64,000 nucleotides of DNA from Ostrea edulis (taxonomy: Eukaryota): the NCBI RefSeq assembly GCF_947568905.1, contig NC_079171.1, positions 37,014,001-37,078,000 of the forward strand. The letters are read 5' to 3'. A program made the position numbers and the translations under genes. Positions 26,405-39,280 of the stretch are shown here, piece by piece. A model generated the notes under the pieces. That model was not told where the DNA came from. It saw nothing but the letters and a program-made list of their open reading frames with translations, and ran no database searches. The stretch's first letter is position 1, and every line of letters begins with the position of its first letter.

Positions 26405-26830
26405 CAAAGCACTAAAATAACCAACTGACCAACGACACGAACAATCAGATTGTCAGATTTTCCGGACGACCCATCCCTTCTTCAGGACAAACGAAAAGAA
26501 TTACATAATGTGGCCAATATCAACAGAACATAATAACAAAAACTACATATAAATACATCTAGCACTACAACGACACTAATCTACAAACGTATTTACAACG
26601 CAGACTACATGTTTTTGGTATTTAGGCTTGCCAATCAATGTTAAAAGTGGAACGAATTAGGACATGCCTTATTCGTCCAAAGAGCTGATCCAAAATGTCC
26701 GAAATGAAAAACAATAAACTTAATTAATTTCAAGTGGAACAAGTTAACCCAATTACGTTGACAAATAGTAAAGCTAACTCGTACCCAGAGAGATTCTATT
26801 TTAATCATGCATTGAGAATAAATAGTTTAT
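26405..26830 (-). mobile_element. Probable Penelope-like element 3' end/pLTR with a degenerate hammerhead
   Basis: Minus strand at 26490-26450 reads TTGTC-CTGAAGA-AGGGATGGGTCGTCCG-GAAAATCT-GACAA, and the end abuts a (TA)n tract. The inner boundary is approximate. Confidence 0.45.
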
Positions 26831-27404
26831 ATAAGATAATAACAAGTAACAAATACCAAAAAAAATAAAAATAAAGATAAAAATAAGTTTTACATGGACG
26901 ATAGCAATGTCATGTTTATACTGTTGAGGATTGTGATAATAGTAAATTACATTTGTCCTCGAAATATATACTTTGCGAAAACAAGCTTTAATTCGGGATC
27001 ATTATGACGTGTGATGTACACGTAATAAATTCCTGGAGAGGGGGGTTTCCTTTCATGCAAAACATTCTATGCAGTTTCGCTTTTGAAAATGCTGTGTTTA
27101 AGAACACGACAACTAAATGATAATGAAATAAGTTTTTATCATCATTATCATTTTATCATTTTGCATGGATGTTGCATTGATATTTTGATGAAACAACGCA
27201 CGTTTGGTACAATTTGTACCAAAAAAAAACCAAACACTGTGTCCATTCAGTTTTGGAAACGAACGAACTTCGGCGTGCCACTCCATCGCAATTTGGCGCA
27301 TGGGTGTGGACCATCGCACTTTGGCGTGTCACACCATCAGAGTTTAGCGCACATCATCGCACTTTGGCGTGGCCATCGCACTTTGAAGTCTTACATATGT
27401 ATGC

Positions 27405-27765
27405 ATGTAAAACTTTGATCCCCTATTATGACACCACTCTTCGCCTAGGGACCATGATTTGAACAAACTTGAATCTAAACTATGTAAAGGAAGCTTTTAT
27501 GCAAATTTAAACTTTTCTGATCCAGTGCTTCGTGAGAAGATGTTTAAATGAACCCAGCCTTTCGCCTTTTCTTGATTATCTCCCCTTTGAAGAGGGATGA
27601 CCCTTTATTTGAATAAACTTGAATTATCTTCATCCAAGGATGCTTTATGGCAAATTTGATTGAAACTGACCCAGCAGTTCTGGAGAAGTCGAAAAGGTTT
27701 TTGGATGACTGATAAAATGTAATCAGAAAAGGTCACTTGATCCTTCAGCTCAGTTGAACTAAAAA
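27405..27765 (-). mobile_element. Helentron-type non-autonomous element fragment
   Basis: The reverse complement begins TTTTAGTTCAACTGAGCTGAAGGATCAAGTGACCTTTTCTGAT and is homologous to 557-1165. Confidence 0.6.
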
Positions 27766-29885
27766 TATAATAAACCAAACACATACACAGCAGGGTTAAA
27801 GTATCATGAGTAAAGATGAAACAAACATCATAAAATGTACCTCAGTGCACTTCAAACTATATGACGTCACAATATAAAAGTATGTCACGACGTACAGGTC
27901 TATAGTTGTATCGTGGGGAAAATGTCATATTTTCTCGCTATTTACTGCGTTATCTGGTGTTCAAGCTGTATATGTTTAAATCTGTTTGTCAGAAGAATTT
28001 TCGTCTTCAGGTTTTGATGATAATATATAATTCTTATATTTTTATATATAATGTGCACGAAATACTGTAAGGTAATCTTCATATTACTGTGTGACCTTGA
28101 AATCGCCCCTTATGTGTATACTCATTTGGAATAAAGAAAACCCAACGCATACACATATCGACTCGGCATAGGTGAAAGATGACGATATTTCATTTCGATC
28201 AAGGCATATTCTGAAAGGTAACTACTTTGAAATTTAGGAGTTTGATACGGAAAGTAAAATATTTTGCCTCGTTTAGATACGATTTGGATGCGAATTTGGA
28301 AAATGCCCAACATATGAGTTGATATTATGGAAATTACTATATTTGAGAGGATATTGTACCGAACAGTATCACTTTTTTAATTTACCATATCAATGTCGAC
28401 ATATCAAGCCCAAACTGCAAATGATTTGAGTCCATCTTTCACCTGAGCCGAGGTGATAAACAACTAAACGTCTAGCGGATAAAAATAGCTCTACGTCACT
28501 TGAATGACGTAATAGTTAAGCAAAGGATTTCCCCGCGTTATACGATATTTGTTTATGTATTGACAAACGATTTTTACTAAAGATATGCGATGCTTGGAAA
28601 ATTTTTACTGTATGAATATGCTGTTATTACTTGTTATTTCACTCGGGGCACCTTAACTCCACTGTGTATCAACTTGTTGAAATGCGAATATAAGGAATCA
28701 TCGTTGTATTATACATGACACACCCCCTGTGTGATTGTATTTCAGATTGTTAATAATCAGATTTCAAAACGTGCATGGAAACGAATTTCTGAAATTTTGA
28801 TTTTATTCAATATTAAACACATTTAGGTGTTATCTTAGCTGCGTTACTCATACTAAATTCGTTGTTTAAAACCATTTGTTGCTTTATCAAGAACTTAATT
28901 AGTGGTTTAAGAGAATCTCTAAATTCTGATGTTGCCACAGTTGTTAGCAAGCAGCCACGCCTATGGATGGAGAATGAGTTTTCTACCAAAAGAAAAAATA
29001 ACAAAATAAAAATAGATGTAAAAGAATAGAATAACTAAACAAACGAAAACAAACAAATCAAACCAACGGTCTTCTAAACTTTACGTGCTACGAATACTCT
29101 CGTACAGACCCTTTCATCGCGTCACCATATGTACATTTGCAGGAAAATCGTGTCTAATATGAAAAGAAAGTATGATATAGAAATTGGTAAAAATAATTAT
29201 TTTAAGGTTCTTGATATTCATAAAACACACATTCATGTGCCACAAAATTTTGCTATAACTATAAACATTTTACAAGTCTAAAGCGCTACAGGTCAAAACA
29301 GTCAACGGACGAGAGTTCGATGACAAAAGCTGATGTCTGTAACGAACCCTCAAAATGACGTTGTGACTTTTCTTTTTAGCGTTTTTACGTCATGTCTTTT
29401 CATGATTTTACAAATAGCAGACATTGTGTTAGATCTTTAAAAATTTTTATTCACAAACACTGCCCAGATTATTTTCCGAGGGAAGAGTGTGATGTACATA
29501 CTGTAATAAAACACAACTTTTGTACATTTTCGTTTCAGAAGATTGTTGATTGTTTTGATCATATTTCATTAAATCAAAGGGATTGGGAATAAGTACTAAC
29601 AGTATACATGTTCTTCTCTTATAGTTTAGAGAGGATTATTGATTTTGCTAATTCTTTATAAAACTCCATAATACAAACATCATCTCTTGGTCTTCATTTA
29701 AGTCCCAATTCACTCACTCAAGTGAACATAAGATATTCAGGAAATAAAACTCAAACGTGTAATATAGGATAAGCACGCATGCGCGAGTGCAACACAAGTC
29801 TAATCATACACGTGGTAATTTACATAGATATCTGGCGGTTCATCATTCAACTCAACATAATCTATAACAGTAAAAAGCGTCTTAC

Positions 29886-30059
29886 CATTATCTCACCAGA
29901 GGGTGCATAACGCAAACTTCACTTGCACAATGGAAACACGGATAATTTAATTACATGTGTACTTATTGTTTAAGTGTGCATGGTGAACTTTGAATTTAAG
30001 GAAATGCATCACGCTTAAATATCCTAATGCTTATGTAGCGCTCCCTCTGGTGAGAAATG
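29886..30059. mobile_element. Small MITE-like inverted-repeat element
   Basis: CATTATCTCACCAGAGGG at the left end and its reverse complement CCCTCTGGTGAGAAATG at the right end. Confidence 0.5.
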
Positions 30060-31655
30060 ATTTTATAGACATACAAACAACATAATTTTACATGTGTGTA
30101 CTGATAAGGAAATGATGGCTGGCGCGCGGGTTAATTTACTTCATTTAAAAGAAATGAAACTTTTAATGCCATTGAAAGGAGAGACTCGCTGTATTTCTTA
30201 TCATTCGACTTTCAATAAGGTATATGATTTCCAAAAGCGATGTCATGTTTTAATTCTGCATTTCGCTCTCCGTAAATCAAAGTACTGAACAACACTGAGC
30301 TGACTTCATGAATTCTGTCTGTTATGTTATTGAGCAGGGGACACCAGGAAAACAATTTCATGCATCATTCTTTATTTTCGCACAACTAAGTAGTACATTT
30401 TTTGTAAGGAAATAACAAATATGGATGGGATACAATGTCCTGAAACTTCTCATCGTGTTGAAAAATAAAGTTTATATGACGCTGTTAAACACAATGGTCA
30501 CTATAATAATATTGGTCCCACCCGGAACAAAAATCCCGTCCTTGGATCATGAAATTCAGAATTTTGGTAAAGGGATTTGGTAAAAGAATTATTTTTGTAA
30601 TCAATTATGAAGTTGATTTCAATTCAAAATCGGGCTGGAGAGAATATGAATCCAAAAGATACAAATACAAATAAATACATGTACAATTAAAAGCAAAATT
30701 TAGGATGTTATTTAAAATAGAAATGTACTATACATGGACAATATTGATAACTTTAAAAGTGAATGCTGCTTATCAACAAGAGTGGAAAGAACTCAATTTT
30801 CACATGAAATTTAGTGGAAGATCATATACCAAATCTAATCTAATAAATTAGACTACCAACATATATGTGCATGGATTTACATTTAGGCATGGTAGTGATT
30901 GTTTGTTGATATATAAATCTAAAAAAGCCCACAAATAAACAAAAAAAAACCACCAAAAAAAAAACCCCCCAAAAAAAACACCAAGAGTTGTAAAAAATGT
31001 ACTCATCAACATGTCTCACTGCATGAAAACTATGGTTTCCATGGTGCGGAAACTGTGCCTAAACTATGCGGAAACTATAAGGTTCAGTTTGGAAACTCTA
31101 GGTTTACAAGGGTTTACGGAGTGCGTAAACCTAGGCCGTCTCCGATTCCAGGTGGTTTACGCAGCAGAAACTTGTGGAAACCTAAGGTTTCTACACTGTT
31201 TCCGCACTACTGAAAGTAGTCGCTACCCTAGGTTTACGCAAGGTTCCGCACAGATTACGCACTACTGAAACTACTTCACATTCTAGGTTTACGCAGTGCG
31301 GAAACCTCCAGAACCTTATTAACACGAATAGCCTACTCTTCTCTAAAATATGACATAATTGAATCAAGGCTATGTGCACACAGTCACACTTTAATATCAG
31401 TTATATATGTTGTGCTCCTGAAATTTACAAATCATTCAGCAAAGGTTTATGCAAACCAATTTTCTATTCATTGAATAAAAGGTTTAAAATCTGATATATT
31501 ACCAACCACAAATTAAAACAAAACACAAACATTTTTTATACAATGCAATACTTTTATCAAAGATTCAAAGACTTATATAAAGATTATAAAATAATAACAT
31601 TAACAATCTTAAGCTTGGTTGAACAATATTAGATATGCACAACGGTACAAGTGTA

Positions 31656-32908
31656 AACAAGAAATGATTCAGAGACATGTATGCCTCCATGGTACAAAAT
31701 TGAAAAAGGGTTACAAACATGTATCATTTAATTGATAAAAGTGATGTAATGTCAAAGCAATTCAAACATATTGACCATACAATATTTTTCTATGTCCAGA
31801 GTGGATTAACCCTTGACCATGTGACCTCACAACTAACAGGGATCATTTACTCCTTAGGATGTACCAGTATAGTAAGTTTGATGTCTGCCATGCAAATAAG
31901 TCCCAAAATATAAAGGAGACAATGTATTACTATGTCCCGTTTGACCATTGACAATGTGTACCAAAATCAATAGGCATCTACTCCTTACGATGTACCAGTG
32001 TACTAAGTTTAATGACTGTCAAGCAAAGGGTTCTTGAGATATTGAGTTATATCCATAGCAGGGTTCGAAATTAACATATGCCCTTCAGTCTGTAACTGGT
32101 TAAAAGTCTAGCGGACTGACTGGGACTGGTTAAATTTCTTTTGCATAATTTTGGAAAATATACAAGTTTATGAAATCTTATACACAGATTCAGCTGGACT
32201 GGAGACATAAAAAGTTAGTTTCAAGCCCTGCAGAGTGTATTGACCTTTGACCATGTGACCTCAAAATCACTAGGAGTCATCTACTTCTTAAGATGTACCA
32301 GTGTGCCAAGATTGATGTCTGTCAAGCAAAGGGTTCTCAAGACATTGAGTGGAGATTATATTCCTATGTCCAGTTTGAACTTTGACCATGTGACCACAAA
32401 CTATATTGGAGTCATCTACTTCTTAAGATGTACCAGTGTATCAAGTTTCAAGTCTGTCAAGCAAAGGGTTCTCAATATATTGAGTGGTCACTATCTTCCT
32501 ATGTCTAGTTTGACCTTTGCCCATGTGACCTCAAAATCTCTAAAGGTCATCTGCTTCTTAAGATGTACCAGTGTACCAAGTTTGATGTCTGTCAAGCAAA
32601 GGATTCTCAAGATATTGAGCAGACAGTATATTCATATGTCCAGTCTGACACTTGATCTTCGACCATGCAAAATCAAAATCAATAGCGGTAATCTACTCCT
32701 TACAATGTACTAGAGCACCAAGTTTGATGTACAACGGACAAAGATGAAATTCAAACTTAATTTGTAACTTGTTATAGCAAAGCAATGTACTAAATATCAA
32801 ATGTATATCTGCAAGAACAGAGAGAAAAGTGCTTAAAACTGATCTGACAGACAGACAGACGGAGTGCAAACCTAAAGTCCCCTTCCATTTTGTCGGTAGG
32901 GGACTAAA
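31656..32908 (-). mobile_element. Helentron-type element with an internal 135-bp tandem array
   Basis: Units start at 32241, 32376, 32511 and 32646 (TGACCTTTGACCATGTGACC..). The end has (GACA)n plus a TCCCC..GGGGACTAAA hairpin. Confidence 0.7.
32059..32230. mobile_element. hAT-like MITE inserted in the 135-bp array
   Basis: TIR CAGGGTTCGAAATTAAC vs CAGGGCTTGAAACTAAC (14/17). No clear TSD. Confidence 0.55.
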
Positions 32909-33689
32909 CACAACCTCTAAGAGATCGTATCATAGTGCTTTGTAAAGGAGAGATGACTTTGACTTGAGAATGCTCAATTTGTTTGAAAAATGCAAACATT
33001 AGAAAATTTATGTGTGACATTGACTTTACTATTCTTTTCTCACTTAAATTTTTAAGTTTTTTGTGTGTGTGTTTTTTTTTATTTGCATTTGAATTATTTA
33101 TTGTATATTATTACTTTAAAAACCTCCAAATTTTAGTTAAGTTTCAGCATTGCAGAAAGCATAAGGAATCATGGCCTACAGTTTCCACAGACTGAAACTT
33201 AACGGAAAATATATAATAGTTTACGCTCGGCGTAAACCATACGGAAAACCTCAACATCAGATTTCCGGAGACTGAAACTTGACGGAAAGTTGCGGAAACT
33301 ATATAATCGTCTGCGCACTGCGGAAACCATATGGGAAACTTCAACGTCAGGTTTTCGCAAGGTTTCCATATGGTTTCAGTTTTGCGGAAACTAACGTTTT
33401 CATCCAGTGTTTGTAGTACACTCCTTGTGTAAAAACTCTTATTTGTCTTGGATTTGAAAGAGATGAAATACAAATTGCTATTGTTTAAATTTTGTAAAAA
33501 GGTTCTTTATATAGAAATACAAATAACTGTAGCAAAACACCATAAGATTCACTGCTTGTGTAGGAGTTCTAATATTAAAAAAATGTAACAAAAATGGCTC
33601 GCAGTAAACATACCATATTTACAACAGATGCATGTGTAAGCCCAATGAGAATCCCAAGCTAGACACTTTAAAATTACAAAGGTGATTTT

Positions 33690-34798
33690 CAAACGGTGAT
33701 GTTCAAAATGTTGTTAAGCGGAAATAATAGCGAAATAGTGAAAATACATTACCGACTTCTAAAATTTTTCTCTAGAACCACTGGGTCAATTTCAACTATA
33801 CTTGGTACAAAACATCTACGGGTAAAAGGGATCCACATTTGTTCAAATAAAGGGTCAAACTCCTCTACAAGGGGAAGATAACAGCAAAAGTAGTGAAAAG
33901 AAATTGATGACTTTTAGAAATCTTCTTTAGAGCCACATGGTCAATTTCAACCAAACTTGATAAAAAGCATCCTTAGGTAAAGGGCTTTCAAGTTTGTTCA
34001 AATGAAAGGTCATTTCCTTTCAATAAGGAGATTATTACAAAAATGCAAAAAAATAGGGTGGGGTCATTCAAAATTCATCTTCTTAAGAACCACTGGACGA
34101 AAAGAGCTGAAATTTACATGAAAACTACTTGACGTAATCCAGATTTACGTTTGATAAAATCGTAACCCCTTGTAGTAGGTTAGTGCCACAATAGGGGATC
34201 AAAGTTTCACATGCGAATATATAGGTAAAATCTTTCAAAATCTTCTCAAGAACCACTTGACCAGGAAATTACAAATGTACATTAAAGCTTCCTGACATAG
34301 CGCAGATTCAAGTTTCTTAATATCATGACCTGAAGGGTAGGATGGGACCACAATAGGGGGATAAAAGTTTTACAACAGATATATAGGGAATATCTTAAAT
34401 AATCTTCTTCTAAAGAACCAATGGACCAGAACAATTTGTATTTAAACGAAAGCTCCCTGGCATAAAGCAAATTAAAGTTTGTTAAAATCATATCCCCTAG
34501 AGAAAGATAGGGTCACAATAGGAGATCAAATTTTTACATACAAATCTATACAGTACATGTGTTTTCCCAGCTCTCTGTTTTGTATTGATTTTTGGTATTA
34601 TTCAATTTATCACTATTCGTTATCTTCACCTTTCGTGAACGCTTCTTCCTGATAAAATTCAGATTTAAGTTTGTAAAAAGTATAGGTCCCGGAAGTAGGT
34701 TGGGACCACAATAGGTTTACATGTGAATGTAAAGGTAAAATCTTTAAGTATGGCCAAGCTTACTCAGGTGAGCGATGTGGCACATGGGCCTCCTGTTT
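33690..34798 (+). mobile_element. Helentron-type non-autonomous element with ~160-bp internal repeats
   Basis: Repeated AGAACCAC..CCA..CAAA..GCTT..ATCATG..CCACAATAGG units and the 3' end ACTCAGGTGAGCGATGTGGCACATGGGCCTCCTGTTT. Confidence 0.65.
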
Positions 34799-35094
34799 AC
34801 ACATTACTTCTAAAATTTTTGGTATTAATTGTATTACAATTTGGACAGAAATAAATATCATCCCCCTTTCCCAAACCCAGGAATTTGACGAACTCTACAT
34901 TTTAAAAAGTATTCTCCACAAAATTAGAGAACCCCTTCTGCTTGATACTTTATTGAAAATAGATATCAATGGCAAAGTAACCACTCAACTTTATGACAAA
35001 CGGGAAGATTTCAGCTTCTCCATCATCAACTTTCCATATGTATGTACACTTTACACTTTGCTGTGGCTAGATATAGACCATCTTATAATTAATC

Positions 35095-36976
35095 CACTTT
35101 CGTGTTCTTCGTCTTCTTTCATTTATAGTTCAGCTAGACATGTAATTACTGGTGATGTTGATATAGTTGAAAATTAAGACCTCAAATCACATATTTCTAA
35201 AGATCCTAAATACAGAAAACTTAGGTCTTACAATTGGGGATGAAACGTCATCTCCATTATGAATTATGTCGAGGATTATGCCAGACGATGGACTAAATAC
35301 GAAAAACAAACCTTTATACGTTGTCAGAATGGATTAACAGTTTAAGAGGAATATCAAAATCACACATTAGACACATCAAAACAAAAGTACATACCATCTA
35401 TCCTTCTGTGTTTAGTAACTTAGATGTAACAAAAGAGCTACATAAATAACATGAGGAATATGTTTTGGTTCAGCTGACAAAGCTGGTAATAGCGTTGTCT
35501 TTGTAAAACTCATTATTTCAACTGTATTTTAAACGAACCTGGCACTAATTCCACTTTTGGTAATCGTATTTATACTCCAACTGCCTTTTCAAAAGATGAA
35601 ATTCTTCAAAACCTTTGCTTCAGCTTTAAACACATTAATATCCCAGTCAATGTGTCGAATGAATGCGATTTACCATACTTATATACTGGATTCCCAAACT
35701 TCATAGAAATCATTACAAGCAAAGATACATTGCTGGGTCCAGTAAATGTGCTAACAATCCCTCTCATTGCACCTCACGAAAATATTAACAGCCGTGAAAG
35801 GGAAACTTCAAAAGTACTGTGCGACTACATATGCCAGAAGTGATGTAAATCAAATGTGGACTCTAAAAGTTTTGAAAGAACTTTTAGCAAATTTGAAATT
35901 GCAAAACTTTTCTCAAATCAACATCAAACCATATAGCACTTTACACGTCCATTCCTCAAGATAAATTAAAGACTAGACGTTTTTGAAATCATAGATAGTT
36001 GCTTCTTCAACAAAAATTGAAAACGCAAATATTCGTATCTAGTGATCAGTCATCTAAAAATACTTTGTTAAACTCCACTCTAATTACACGAACACGTACT
36101 CTGAAGTTGAAATAAAAAATATGCTAGAGTTCCTCATTGTAAAAGTATTCGTGGTCGTTGGTGATCAGGTCTTGCAACAGTCTGTTGGAATTACCATGGT
36201 TACGAATTGTGCTCCTTTGTTTGCTGACCTGTTTTTATATTTTTGAAGCTGAATTTATTCAAATACTTCATGAGAAGAAAAACATCTTTTGCTGTGGCAT
36301 TGAAATATATCGAAGACGTTTTATCTATAAAGAATAATGATTTTATTCATATGTTGATTCGATATATGCCTGTGAACTGGAAAAAACCCATCACGTCTAC
36401 TTCCGCTTCATACTTTAATATTTTATTGGAAATGGATATCAACGGCCAACTAACAATCCAAATTTGTGACAAACGGGATGATTTAAGCTTTTCATATCTA
36501 TGTAGCAATATCCCATTATCAATTGCATTTGGTGTTTATATCTCTCAACTGATTCGATACGTAAGAGCTTGTTCTGCATATCGTCAGTTTTTTAATCGAG
36601 GCAGGTTGCTACCTAACAAGTTGGTGATACAGGAGTTTCAAAAGTAGCATTTAAATTCAGCATTTCGCAAATTTTATGGTCTTTATAACGATCTAGTTTG
36701 CCAATACAACCTATCACAGGGTCAAATGCTGTCTGACGTGTTTCAAACCGATCGTTAGGTTGTTATTGGTACACTGATTTTGACTGCGGATAGCTCCGTT
36801 TACCTGATCAGGATATAGGGCTCACGGCGGGTGTGACCGGTTAACAGGAAATGCTTACTCTTCGTAGATACCTATGGTATATCCAGGGGTCCGTGTTTGC
36901 CCAACTCTCTATATTATATTGCTATTATTATTAAGAGTTATGAGATTGATCACTGTTCGTTATCTTCACTTTTCAT
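35095..36976 (+). mobile_element. Decayed Penelope-like (probably Naiad-clade) reverse transcriptase and 3' tail
   Basis: Frameshifted motifs HVITGDVDIVEN, ADKAGN, VNQMW, QQSVGITMVTNCAPLFADLFLY, KYIEDVLS (YIDD-like), DKRDD and SQLIRYVRAC. The clade label is inference, since no C-terminal GIY-YIG follows the RT. Confidence 0.8.
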
Positions 36977-37769
36977 AGTTTTGTTTTCATCATAGATATT
37001 TTATTGCCTGCTAGAATTCAACACGATAAAGAGTTTGGACCACGAGCTTTGCTTTTCTATACCCTGGTTGTCAATGTTACTTAGGACCGTCTCTTCAAGT
37101 GTAAGTGGGTGGGGTATCTGTGAAAATATACCCCGGTTGCTTGGAACCCAGTATTTTCTCAATGTAAATAGAATTGAAAATGTAAGCTTCAACAGAACAA
37201 TTGAACACTTTCCCCACACTACCCCTTCCCCAACGATTTAGGATTTTGGAATTACACAGAACCATCCATTTTAGCCGTTTCTTCTCTTGTCGGGAATTCA
37301 TGCACTTTTTAGACTCTGTATTCAGATGGTTGTTAAAATACACTACAATGTCAGACAGAACGTCCCTATTTGAGAAATTGTTGTTTTCGAAAATTTTCAC
37401 TCGATAATAGCGAGAAGAAATTTATAACGTTGCACATGCATTCAACCATTTACTACTCAGAGTTCCGTGCGCTACTCGCACTATACCTCTGTCAACGGCT
37501 TTCTACAGAAATCTTGAGGAAAGGTTTCTAATATCCAACATTTATGTTTTGGACTAAATATTTTGTCATATTTTGGAATGCTTTTGGTGCAAATAAATTG
37601 ATGCTTACTGTGAATTGTTTAAAATCGCTGTTTTCTTATCCTAAATTTGGTAAGATTTGTAGTAACCCACACACCCATGATATTTTTGAAACAGCTAGAA
37701 GTTTTTTATATATATATTAAAACAGTCCCAAAATCTCAAAAACCTGATAAAAGAATCTCAAATAAAAAA

Positions 37770-38455
37770 ACAGCAGACGACAGGCTCCTAATATGAAGAT
37801 AATTCTAACGCGTGCCCGATTTACTACACAAAATTCCAAAATCCATGCAAAAATGTGAGATTCATGTTGCGGTACATGTAATCATCTGGAGGAAGGCAGG
37901 AATTTTTTTTTAAATACAACAAAACACACAACAAATTCTAACATGGCATGCAAATCTGAAAACGTAATATATTGCATTACCTGCCCTACCTGTAATGAAA
38001 ACTACATTGGACAAACCAGCAAACTGAACGCCCGTGTGCGCGTCCACAAGCAGCAACTTCGCGATGCAAATATAAGAATTTCACCATGTTCCGATCATTT
38101 TGTCTACTGTGGTTATGGAATTTTAACATATTTCCATTTCATAAAATGTATAATGAAAATTTCAAGAGTTACAAAGGATAACTACTTTATAAAGCTGTTT
38201 AATCCAAAGTTTAATAGAAAATAAATGTTTAAAATTGAAATTTAACCGAACTTTATAATTGATTTCCAAGTGTTCTCTAATATTGTGTGGATCATATCGC
38301 TACCATTGTAATCTATTATGACGTCACAAAGGACAATTACTTACGTCGTGATATGTTGACGTTACTTAGCAATTGTATTTCATTTTATAACTGTCTGAAG
38401 ATGCATTAAAGTCGAAAGTGCTTACAGTGAACTGTTATTCGAATTTCTTTTTACA
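37770..38455 (+). mobile_element. Penelope-like element 3' part: Cys-linker, GIY-YIG endonuclease remnant and pLTR
   Basis: ORF 37943-38224 reads NVIYCITCPTCNENYIGQT..R..H (GIY-YIG signature) and ends FIKLFNPKFN. It is preceded by ILTRARF and CGTC and followed by a hammerhead motif. Confidence 0.85.
38390..38428 (+). ncRNA. Minimal type I hammerhead-like motif (stem II degenerate)
   Basis: ACUGU-CUGAAGA-UGCAUUAAAGUC-GAAA-GUGCUU-ACAGU: perfect 5-bp stem I, quasi-palindromic AGUGCU stem III, predicted CUU cut after 38423. Confidence 0.6.

Positions 38456-38458
<3 letters not shown>

Positions 38459-38536
<78 letters not shown>
38459..38536. repeat. Compound (TA)n(GA)n microsatellite
   Basis: Seen directly. 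Confidence 0.97.
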
Positions 38537-38540
<4 letters not shown>

Positions 38541-39222
38541 TAATACAGAAAGAGAAAGATTGTGTATCATCAACATGGCAGACCTGCCGTGTAAATTGAC
38601 TGAACTATTGTAAAAATAATTGTAAAGCTCAATAAATCAATGGATATTTGTATTAAGTTGCAAAAATTGACATCACTATGCTAATTAGCTAGATACAATT
38701 AGGAATGACCAATATCGCGAAGGTGATCTGTCACGGAGCTGAGCAGTAACGATTGCGTGAAATGAGTACTCATGTTTCTAATTCTCAAGAAGGAATACAA
38801 AGTGACAGTATTTTCAACTATCCAATTTTCGCACCAAATGATACAGCTACTATAATCTATTATTTGGTTCTTTTATTTTTTCAATTCACCTGCCATCCGT
38901 TACAGCTTGTATTACTTTATGTTCTATGTTATTCATACAAATATGGATTTAGGAAATATATTCAATATCGCACAACCATTATAAATAAAGGGTATTCAAA
39001 GCGGGAAGTAATTGATGAAGCGTTATTGCCTATAGGTATTTAATAATTAGATAGGATCCATTTGCAAACGTTCATTATACAGTTAACTACTGCTAAAACT
39101 TTAATCAACTGCCTGTATATTTAAAACGTCGAAGTGAGATTACTTATTTTATGGATTGTAAAATGCATAAAAGAGAGATATGAAATAATTATGGAAAATG
39201 AAATTATATGCGATATCTAATG

Positions 39223-39224
<2 letters not shown>

Positions 39225-39269
<45 letters not shown>

Positions 39270-39280
39270 GTTATATATAT
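39225..39280. repeat. (TA)n microsatellite
   Basis: Seen directly, with one interruption. Confidence 0.9.

Larger units (their letters stand above)
31017..33409. mobile_element. CACTG-ended non-autonomous DNA transposon (EnSpm/CACTA-like) with nested insertions
   Basis: Termini CACTGCATGAAAAC / GTTTTCATCCAGTG (13/14). Subterminal arrays of GCGGAAAC/GTTTCC/GTTTACGC motifs at 31030-31310 and 33180-33395. Confidence 0.65.

Noticed and set aside
32240-32713. 157-aa ORF with 45-aa periodicity
   Set aside because: By-product of the 135-bp tandem unit being a multiple of three; it lies inside a non-autonomous element.
37001-37407. Cluster of overlapping 68-101-aa ORFs on both strands
   Set aside because: No recognisable motif; it lies between two retroelement relics and is probably decayed repeat.
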